From IMG/VR virus record IMGVR_UViG_2617270960_000012: a stretch of 4,848 bases of DNA; one strand, 5' to 3'. Within the stretch, counting starts at the first letter, position 1; the number at the start of each line of letters is the position of its first letter. Position numbers and translations under genes: made by a program. The notes beneath the pieces were generated by a model. That model saw only the letters and a list, made by a program, of their open reading frames with translations, was not told where the DNA came from and made no database searches. Of the stretch, positions 1 through 4,848 are shown piece by piece. This DNA comes from a virus (lineage: Duplodnaviria > Heunggongvirae > Uroviricota > Caudoviricetes).

Positions 1-504
1 TTATTGATAGTGTTTTATGTTCAGATAATGCCCGATGATTTTGTCATGCAGCTCCACCGATTTTGAGAACGACAGCGACTTCCGTCCCAGCCGTGCCAGG
101 TGCTGCCTCAGATTCAGGTTATGCCGCTCAATTCGCTGCGTATATCGCTTGCTGATTACGTGCAGCTTTCCCTTCAGGCGGGATTCATACAGCGGCCAGC
201 CATCCGTCATCCATATCACCACGTCAAAGGGTGACAGCAGGCTCATAAGACGCCCCAGCGTCGCCATAGTGCGTTCACCGAATACGTGCGCAACAACCGT
301 CTTCCGGAGCCTGTCATACGCGTAAAACAGCCAGCGCTGGCGCGATTTAGCCCCGACATAGCCCCACTGTTCGTCCATTTCCGCGCAGACGATGACGTCA
401 CTGCCCGGCTGTATGCGCGAGGTTACCGACTGCGGCCTGAGTTTTTTAAGTGACGTAAAATCATGTTGAGGCCAACGCCCATAATGCGGGCTGTTGCCCG
501 GCAT
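1..504 (-). CDS. insB: IS1 transposase InsB frame; normally expressed as an InsAB' fusion by -1 ribosomal frameshift
   Basis: The 167-aa ORF from the track matches IS1 InsB along its length (…[18 protein letters not shown]…[39 protein letters not shown]…). The stop codon is at the window edge (1-3 reverse complement). Confidence 0.9.
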   Translation of the reverse strand: MPGNSPHYGRWPQHDFTSLKKLRPQSVTSRIQPGSDVIVCAEMDEQWGYVGAKSRQRWLFYAYDRLRKTVVAHVFGERTMATLGRLMSLLSPFDVVIWMTDGWPLYESRLKGKLHVISKRYTQRIERHNLNLRQHLARLGRKSLSFSKSVELHDKIIGHYLNIKHYQ

Positions 505-696
505 CCAACGCCATTCATGGCCATATCAATGATTTTCTGGTGCGTACCGGGTTGAGAAGCGGTGTAAGAACTGCAGTTGCCATGTTTTACGGCAGTGAGA
601 GCAGAGATAGCGCTGATGTCCGGCGATGCTTTTGCCGTTACGCACCACCCCGTCAGTAGCTGAACAGGAGGGACAGCTGATAGAAACAGAAGCCAC
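423..696 (-). pseudogene. insA: IS1 insA with an internal frameshift; the N-terminal zinc-finger part and the C-terminal HTH part are in different frames
   Basis: Translated from GTG at 696 (minus), the frame reads [43 protein letters not shown], then shifts and stops at 526-528. The InsA C-terminus ([33 protein letters not shown]…LKNSGRSR) appears only in another frame, fused to unrelated upstream sequence in the 423..725 track ORF. Compared with canonical IS1 as I recall it, this is a 2-bp deletion between window positions 568 and 569. The IS1 length in the window (751 + ~15) is also 2 bp short of 768. Confidence 0.6.
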
Positions 697-751
697 TGGA
701 GCACCTCAAAAACACCATCATACACTAAATCAGTAAGTTGGCAGCATCACC

Positions 752-967
752 CGCCTCTGCAAACGCTGCGACCCAATAAGCGAAATGCTTCGCTCATATA
801 AACCAGATGAACACACTAAGGACGCTATCGACTGGCTGGAAGATGATGACTGTGACTATCAGGAAAAAGCCGCTGAATGGTTCTGGGATGCAATAACCAA
901 AAGAGTTAAGGCTGAATATGCCTTCGCAATATTCAAACGCAGACACATTTTTGGAGAAGCAGCATGA
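752..967 (+). pseudogene. 3' remnant of a phage early gene truncated by the IS1 insertion; product unknown, possibly the partner of recT
   Basis: The frame of the 785..967 track ORF stays open with no stop back to the IS1 boundary at 752. There is no Shine-Dalgarno before the ATG at 785. Its TGA stop overlaps the recT ATG (ATGA at 964-967). Confidence 0.35.
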
Positions 968-1866
968 GCAATATCGTTGAATTCGTTAAACAGCAAGAGC
1001 AGTTATTCTGCGGAGCATTGACTGAACAGACGGTGACATGGGCTAAGGAAAGCCAGTTTGCAATTCAGTATTTCCAGAAAAATGATTACCTGGCTAAAAC
1101 GGCACTGGCAAATCCAACCAGCGCACAGAACGCCATCATCAATGTTGCGGCGATCGGCATCACCTTAAACCCGGCCAGCAAACTTGCTTATCTAGTTCCG
1201 CGCGACGGCATGGTTTGCCTTGATATCAGCTATATGGGATTACTTCACCTTGCACAGTCGACAGGATCAATTAAGTGGGGGCAATGCAAACTGGTGTACT
1301 CAAACGACACCTATGAATCAAACGGCCTTGATTCAGCACCAACCCACAAATACAACGCATTTGGTGAGCGAGGCTCTATTGTTGGTGGTTATTGCACGGT
1401 TAAAACAGCAGATGGTGACTACCTGACTGAAGAAATGAGTCTGGCAGAAATTAAAGCTGTGGAAGCAACGAGCAAGGCAAAGAATGGACCGTGGAAAACA
1501 TTCTGGGAAGAGATGGCGCGTAAAACAATAGTTAAACGCGCCAGCAAATACTGGCCTAAAGCCCAGCGACTGGATAATGCCATTCACCTGCTTAACGAAG
1601 ATGAAGGTATGCATCAGGAACCAGTTATGCCGCACAAATCAGAGGAAGATATACGCGAAGATGAACGGAAACGCCAGCAGGAAATAATGGATAAAGCACA
1701 ACTTCTTTGTGATGAAATGGCTCAAGCAGAAAACATGGATGATTTGAAGCGATATTTTGCAGAAGCATATCGCCTGACATCTGGAATGAAATTGCAGCAG
1801 AACGTACAAGCCATTTACGCAGAATGCAAAGCGAAACTGGAGGTTGCCAGTGAGCAAACTGTATGA
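964..1866 (+). CDS. recT: RecT-family single-strand annealing recombinase
   Basis: 300-aa ORF with GGAGA 6 nt upstream of ATG 964. The motif NGPWKTFWEEMARKTIVKRASKYWP matches the conserved core of E. coli RecT (NGPW..HWEEMAKKTAIRRLFKYLP). It carries a long charged C-terminal tail. Confidence 0.88.
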   Translation: MSNIVEFVKQQEQLFCGALTEQTVTWAKESQFAIQYFQKNDYLAKTALANPTSAQNAIINVAAIGITLNPASKLAYLVPRDGMVCLDISYMGLLHLAQSTGSIKWGQCKLVYSNDTYESNGLDSAPTHKYNAFGERGSIVGGYCTVKTADGDYLTEEMSLAEIKAVEATSKAKNGPWKTFWEEMARKTIVKRASKYWPKAQRLDNAIHLLNEDEGMHQEPVMPHKSEEDIREDERKRQQEIMDKAQLLCDEMAQAENMDDLKRYFAEAYRLTSGMKLQQNVQAIYAECKAKLEVASEQTV

Positions 1867-2332
1867 AATTGCCAATGAATACGCAAAATTGATGGATTCA
1901 GATTTAGAACCAGAGATGATTGCTGACACAATAGAAGGCATGGAAGGAGAATTTACCGATAAAATAGAGCAACTTCTTTCCGTCATTAAAAATGAATCTG
2001 GTTATGCCGAACGCCTCAAGGAAGAGGCAAAGTCACTGAATGAGCGAGCCACAGTAATTCAAAATAAGATTGACAGCATTATGGCGTATATAGCGTCATC
2101 GCTTGAAATGGTTGGCAAGAAAAAGATTCGAGCAGGTATTCACCAGGTAACAATCCGCAAACCGTCAGAAACTGTAGAAATCATCGACTCAAGCGCCCTT
2201 CCTCCTGAATACGTTGAGTTTGAAACGACAATTAAAGCCGACAAACTGGCAATCAAACACCAACTAAAAGCAGGAATAAATATCCCCGGCGCTCAACTCA
2301 AAGTTGGGAAACCTTCACTTCTTATCAAATAA
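1850..2332 (+). CDS. Siphovirus Gp157-family protein, commonly found next to phage recombinases
   Basis: The N-terminus (SKLYEIANEYAKLMDSDLEPEMIADTIEGMEGEFTDKIEQLLSVIKNE…) and the …VTIRKPSETVEIIDSSALPPEYVEFETTIKADKLAIKHQLKAG… region fit the Gp157 family pattern. Start is placed at GTG 1850 (GGAGG at 1839-1843, 6-nt spacer) rather than the track's TTG 1844. It overlaps the recT stop by 17 nt. Confidence 0.72.
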   Translation: MSKLYEIANEYAKLMDSDLEPEMIADTIEGMEGEFTDKIEQLLSVIKNESGYAERLKEEAKSLNERATVIQNKIDSIMAYIASSLEMVGKKKIRAGIHQVTIRKPSETVEIIDSSALPPEYVEFETTIKADKLAIKHQLKAGINIPGAQLKVGKPSLLIK

Positions 2333-2343
2333 CGGTATCGACT

Positions 2344-2658
2344 ATGAAAAAGACTCCATGGGAGAAATGGGAAGTCGATTTCTTGCGCGAAGTAGCGGCG
2401 ACAATGCCAGTTGAAGTTATCGCTGAAAAACTGGAAAGGACTGAAAAAGCAGTAATAGCAAAAGCAACAAGGATTGGCGCTGACATTGTTAGCCGACTTC
2501 GTGGAAGACGCTGGACAAGAGCCGAAGTATCACTTTTCGGTAAGTTCTCCGCAGAAGAAATAGCAATTGCAACCTGCCGCTCAATTTATTCAGTGAGAGC
2601 TATGCGATACAAGCTAAAAAAACTCGATGAAGAGAGAACAGGCATACGAATAAATTAA
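2344..2658 (+). CDS. Small protein with two tandem helix-turn-helix-like repeats (sigma-70 region 4 / Myb-like pattern); putative DNA-binding regulator
   Basis: 104-aa ORF with an internal duplication: [12 protein letters not shown]…[24 protein letters not shown] and [39 protein letters not shown]. No obvious Shine-Dalgarno before ATG 2344. Confidence 0.55.
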   Translation: MKKTPWEKWEVDFLREVAATMPVEVIAEKLERTEKAVIAKATRIGADIVSRLRGRRWTRAEVSLFGKFSAEEIAIATCRSIYSVRAMRYKLKKLDEERTGIRIN

Positions 2659-2674
2659 CAAAGAGGAATTTACC

Positions 2675-2842
2675 ATGAGAGGACTTGCATACAATCCCGG
2701 CATTCTTCCGGCAGAAATGATTATTCGCCAACGCGTAAAGCCAATGCCATCGAGAGAAGAATTGCTTAAGAGAAAGAGTTTCGGTTCTGTTAATGACAAC
2801 AAATATCTGAATGCGATGTGGCGCAAAGGAGGCAACCAGTGA
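2675..2842 (+). CDS. Small basic hypothetical protein (55 aa), not in the supplied ORF track
   Basis: ATG 2675 follows AAGAGGAA (2661-2668). Translation is [55 protein letters not shown]. Its TGA stop (2840-2842) overlaps the GTG start of the next gene (GTGA). Confidence 0.5.
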   Translation: MRGLAYNPGILPAEMIIRQRVKPMPSREELLKRKSFGSVNDNKYLNAMWRKGGNQ

Positions 2843-2843
2843 G
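2827..2843 (+). repeat. Copy 1 of an exact 17-bp direct repeat aggaggcaaccagtgag (Shine-Dalgarno plus GTG start module)
   Basis: Identical 17-mer at 2827-2843 and 3068-3084. It extends to 20 bp with one mismatch (t/c at 2844/3085). Confidence 0.85.
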
Positions 2844-3093
2844 TAATTCAGCACGACTACAGCTTGGTTTTTCACCGCTATCAAAAACTATCATGCTGGC
2901 AAAAATGCGCGATGTTGAAGGTGGACGTATGCGCGTTGGCAATGATCCAGGTCGTGATGTTACCAATGAGGCTGCTCAATTGGTGTGGCGACTGGTCATG
3001 GCTGAAGGTGGTGAGATCGCGTGGGAGCTGGATGATGGTTCTCGCATGGTGTTGAAGGCAGAAAAGCAGGAGGCAACCAGTGAGCAAGATTGA
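2839..3093 (+). CDS. Hypothetical small protein (84 aa)
   Basis: GTG 2839 follows AGGAGG (2827-2832, 6-nt spacer). Same frame as the track ORF 2818..3093. The gene body is flanked by two copies of an exact 17-bp repeat. It overlaps the next gene's start by 14 nt. Confidence 0.55.
   Translation: MSNSARLQLGFSPLSKTIMLAKMRDVEGGRMRVGNDPGRDVTNEAAQLVWRLVMAEGGEIAWELDDGSRMVLKAEKQEATSEQD
3068..3084 (+). repeat. Copy 2 of the exact 17-bp direct repeat aggaggcaaccagtgag
   Basis: See copy 1. Spacing between copies is 241 bp. Each copy contains the ribosome-binding site and GTG start of the gene that follows it. Confidence 0.85.
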
Positions 3094-3793
3094 TTATCAG
3101 GCACTGCGTGCTAAGGCAGAAAAAGCAACGTGTGGTGTATGGTCGCTCGAATATGGAGAGAGCCGATTTGATGGTGATGATGCGCTAATTCATCGTGAAG
3201 TTGCTGGATATATTCCCATTTGCAGAATTGAAGGAGCGCATCCAGAAAGCGGTTTCGATGAAGATTTCCAAATGGAACAGCAGGCCAATGCTGAATTCAT
3301 CGCAGCAGCCAGTCCAGCTACCGTGCTGGCACTACTGGATGAACGGGAAAGAAACCAGCAATACATCAAACGCCGCGACCAGGAGAACGAGGATATTGCG
3401 CTTACGGTTGGGAGGCTGCGCGTTGAGCTGGAAGCAGCAAAAAAGCGCATAGCAGAACTGAAAGCCGAACCTGTAAGCCAAACTTACAAGTTGAACCAGC
3501 TATCGGGCAATTCTCCGGTAACTCCGGATGGTTGGATAAGCTGTAGTGAGCGGATGCCTGTAATTGGCGAGCTAAATTGGAGAACTAGTTTTCCTTTACT
3601 GGTTACGTGTGAGATCGGCGTTATACCTGCTTATTACGGCTTTGTGAGAGTTAATGGGAATAAGCATTATGGTTTTATGGAGAGTCTTAAATATGGAGAT
3701 GATAGCGGCAACCATCCTCAAACTAATGAATATGACCTGATTAGCAATGTAACCCACTGGAGCCGCTGCCAGAACCGCCGAGCAGGATGGTGA
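3080..3793 (+). CDS. Ea22-like prophage protein with a C-terminal DUF551-like domain
   Basis: 237-aa ORF starting at GTG 3080 after AGGAGG. The N-terminus [16 protein letters not shown] resembles Ead/Ea22-like proteins of enterobacterial prophages. A central coiled-coil-like stretch (RLRVELEAAKKRIAELKA) is followed by a C-terminus (GWISCSERMPV…NVTHW…) resembling DUF551. Confidence 0.65.
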   Translation: MSKIDYQALRAKAEKATCGVWSLEYGESRFDGDDALIHREVAGYIPICRIEGAHPESGFDEDFQMEQQANAEFIAAASPATVLALLDERERNQQYIKRRDQENEDIALTVGRLRVELEAAKKRIAELKAEPVSQTYKLNQLSGNSPVTPDGWISCSERMPVIGELNWRTSFPLLVTCEIGVIPAYYGFVRVNGNKHYGFMESLKYGDDSGNHPQTNEYDLISNVTHWSRCQNRRAGW

Positions 3794-3796
3794 ATA

Positions 3797-3883
3797 ATGC
3801 CGCCAGTTAAAGTTGTGATTATCACTTTGGTGATGATAGTGATTGCGAGAATCATGTCTGGTGAAATTGGGTGGATATGGTAA
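3797..3883 (+). CDS. Possible 28-aa hydrophobic micro-peptide with a single predicted transmembrane helix
   Basis: ATG 3797, translation MPPVKVVIITLVMIVIARIMSGEIGWIW, stop TAA 3881-3883. Only a weak AGGA lies 9 nt upstream. It sits directly after the Ea22-like stop codon. Confidence 0.25.
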   Translation: MPPVKVVIITLVMIVIARIMSGEIGWIW

Positions 3884-3946
3884 TGACCAAGGCAGCAGCA
3901 GAGCGCAACTAACAATCCTCGCACTGACGGGGATTTCTTTTATCTG

Positions 3947-3971
3947 AACTCGCTACGGCGAGTTTTGTTTT
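3947..3971 (+). terminator. Intrinsic (Rho-independent) terminator-like hairpin
   Basis: Perfect 7-bp stem aactcgc / gcgagtt with loop tacg, followed by the T-rich run ttgtttt. Confidence 0.5.
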
Positions 3972-3984
3972 ATGGAGATGATAA

Positions 3985-4152
3985 ATGCACTTCCGAGTCA
4001 CAGGTGAATGGAATGGAGAACCATTCAACAGAGTTATCGAAGCAGAGAACATCAACGACTGCTATGACCACTGGATGATATGGGCGCAGATAGCACATGC
4101 AGACGTAACCAATATTCGAATTGAAGAACTGAAAGAACACCAAGCCGCCTGA
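3985..4152 (+). CDS. Small acidic hypothetical protein (55 aa)
   Basis: ATG 3985 follows GGAGA (3974-3978, 6-nt spacer). Translation is MHFRVTGEWNGEPFNRVIEAENINDCYDHWMIWAQIAHADVTNIRIEELKEHQAA. Terminator-like hairpins lie on both sides. Confidence 0.55.
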   Translation: MHFRVTGEWNGEPFNRVIEAENINDCYDHWMIWAQIAHADVTNIRIEELKEHQAA

Positions 4153-4167
4153 TGGCGGTTTTTTATT
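4142..4167 (+). terminator. Intrinsic terminator-like hairpin overlapping the stop codon of the 55-aa gene
   Basis: Stem aagccgcc / ggcggttt (8 bp with one G-U pair), loop tgat, followed by ttttatt. Confidence 0.45.
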
Positions 4168-4178
4168 GGAGACAAGAA

Positions 4179-4523
4179 ATGTCAGATTTGGCTATGAAGG
4201 TTTTGAAATGGCAATCGACTGGCGATGTCGGCATCAGTAGCGCAACTCTTGCCTCAATCGCATGTGGCCTGAAAAAGAATATCTATGGTCATCACTTCGG
4301 CGCTCCGCATGACGCAGCCGATTTCCGACGATGCGTTGCACTTGTTGAGCAGATTCCAGAAATCAGAGATTCATTCGACAAGGTTGCAAAGCGCGTTCCG
4401 GCATTCAAAGGCATCCTCAACGAATGGGATTCCCTCGTCGCTCTGTTGAAGTCTGAAATGAAGATACACGGAAACAAAGCACCAGAGACTTACAGAAGAA
4501 TAAGCGAGTTACGCAATGACTAA
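4179..4523 (+). CDS. Hypothetical prophage protein (114 aa)
   Basis: ATG 4179 follows GGAGA (4166-4170). It is in the same frame as the track ORF 4152..4523, whose upstream ATG lies inside the terminator hairpin and is therefore less likely. No family recognised. Confidence 0.55.
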   Translation: MSDLAMKVLKWQSTGDVGISSATLASIACGLKKNIYGHHFGAPHDAADFRRCVALVEQIPEIRDSFDKVAKRVPAFKGILNEWDSLVALLKSEMKIHGNKAPETYRRISELRND

Positions 4524-4647
4524 CCACAGCCTCACACTCGATGAGGCCTGTTCATTTCTCAAGATATCCAGACCTACCATTGCTGCATCAATGCGGCTTT
4601 TTATTGCCTGATTTGCAGGTTCGATTCCATATTCGGAGATAGCACTC

Positions 4648-4848
4648 ATGCAACACGAACTACAACCTGATTCACTGGTTGATTTGAAATTCATCATGGC
4701 TGATACTGGCTTCGGTAAGACCTTCATCTATGACCGGATTAAGTCCGGCGACCTGCCTAAAGCCAAAGTTATCCACGGACGAGCAAGATGGTTATATCGT
4801 GACCATTGTGAATTCAAAAATAAGCTCTTAAGCCGCGCCAATGGGTAA
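4648..4848 (+). CDS. AlpA/Xis-family small helix-turn-helix protein; excisionase or transcriptional regulator
   Basis: 66-aa ORF with GGAGA 9 nt upstream. The core …FIMADTGFGKTFIYDRIKSGDLPKAKVIHGRARWLYRDHCEF… fits the AlpA/excisionase pattern (…TG.S.STIYR.I..G.FP.P..LG.R...W…). The stop codon is the last 3 bases of the window. Confidence 0.78.
   Translation: MQHELQPDSLVDLKFIMADTGFGKTFIYDRIKSGDLPKAKVIHGRARWLYRDHCEFKNKLLSRANG

Larger units (their letters stand above)
1..751 (-). mobile_element. IS1: IS1-family insertion sequence, complete except about 15 bp of its terminal inverted repeat that lie before the window start
   Basis: Minus-strand translations match IS1 InsA and InsB. The slippery motif TTAAAAAAC (as ggcctgagttttttaag on + strand, about 431-447) is present. 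The inverted-repeat terminus ggtgatgctgccaacttactgat is found as its reverse complement ending at 751. The window opens inside the opposite inverted repeat (ttattgatagtg...). Confidence 0.93.

Noticed and set aside
35-325. 96-aa + strand ORF inside IS1
   Set aside because: It lies antisense to the well-supported insB frame and has no recognisable family; most likely a shadow ORF.
423-725. 100-aa minus-strand track ORF presented as a single protein
   Set aside because: It is a chimera: an unrelated frame upstream fused by the 2-bp deletion to the true InsA C-terminus. The real insA start is the GTG at 696 in another frame.
1844-1849. TTG at 1844 as the gp157 start (track)
   Set aside because: GTG at 1850 sits 6 nt downstream of GGAGG and is the better-supported initiation codon; TTG 1844 overlaps the Shine-Dalgarno itself.
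1220-1986. Track ORFs 1220..1426 (+), 1333..1635 (-) and 1639..1986 (-)
   Set aside because: All lie inside or antisense to the strongly supported recT and gp157 coding frames; low-complexity translations with no ribosome-binding sites.
2818-2838. GTG at 2818 as the start of the 84-aa gene (track)
   Set aside because: It precedes the AGGAGG ribosome-binding site rather than following it; GTG 2839 has correct spacing.
2600-3087. Track ORFs 2600..2884 (-), 2614..2835 (-), 2864..3055 (+) and 2881..3087 (-)
   Set aside because: They overlap the + strand genes at 2675-2842 and 2839-3093, which have Shine-Dalgarno-supported starts and translational coupling; treated as shadow frames.
3190-3452. 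Track ORFs 3190..3450 (-) and 3195..3452 (+)
   Set aside because: Both are embedded in the Ea22-like coding region in other frames; no independent support.
3884-3984. Promoter for the moron-like gene (ctgacg … tatctg)
   Set aside because: Hexamer matches and spacing are poor; a moron-type promoter may exist but cannot be supported without transcript 5'-end data.
4152-4178. ATG at 4152 as the start of the 114-aa gene (track)
   Set aside because: It lies inside the terminator hairpin loop/stem with no ribosome-binding site; the in-frame ATG at 4179 has GGAGA upstream.
4524-4647. Candidate sigma-70 promoter (ttgcct … catatt) and small hairpin (gcat/atgc) upstream of the xis-like gene
   Set aside because: The -10 and -35 matches are weak (about 4 of 6 each) and the hairpin stem is only 4 bp; not enough to call a promoter or terminator from sequence alone.
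4292-4727. Minus-strand track ORFs 4292..4477 and 4509..4727
   Set aside because: Antisense to the + strand genes at 4179-4523 and 4648-4848; the second overlaps the recognisable AlpA/Xis frame. No family similarity.
1-4848. CRISPR arrays, tRNA or rRNA genes
   Set aside because: No regularly spaced direct repeats, no cloverleaf-compatible tRNA-like segments and no rRNA-like sequence were seen.

Overview
The first 751 bp are an IS1 insertion sequence on the minus strand, running off the window start by about 15 bp; it carries an intact insB frame and a frameshifted insA. From 752 to the end, every supported gene is on the + strand and tightly packed, with overlapping stop/start codons, in the order expected for the early-left recombination-to-excision region of a lambdoid prophage. 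In order: a gene remnant cut by IS1, a RecT-family recombinase, a Sipho_Gp157-like protein, a tandem-HTH small protein, two translationally coupled small proteins, an Ea22-like/DUF551 protein, a possible hydrophobic micro-peptide, a 55-aa acidic gene bracketed by two intrinsic terminators, a 114-aa protein, and an AlpA/Xis-family gene whose stop codon is the last base of the window. No rRNA, tRNA or CRISPR array was seen. The most unusual signals are an exact 17-bp Shine-Dalgarno-plus-GTG module repeated 241 bp apart around an 84-aa gene, and the terminator-insulated small gene; both sit in a stretch of uncharacterised small ORFs that is a candidate accessory (possibly anti-defence) locus. All family assignments come from reading the translations against remembered family signatures; no database search was run.
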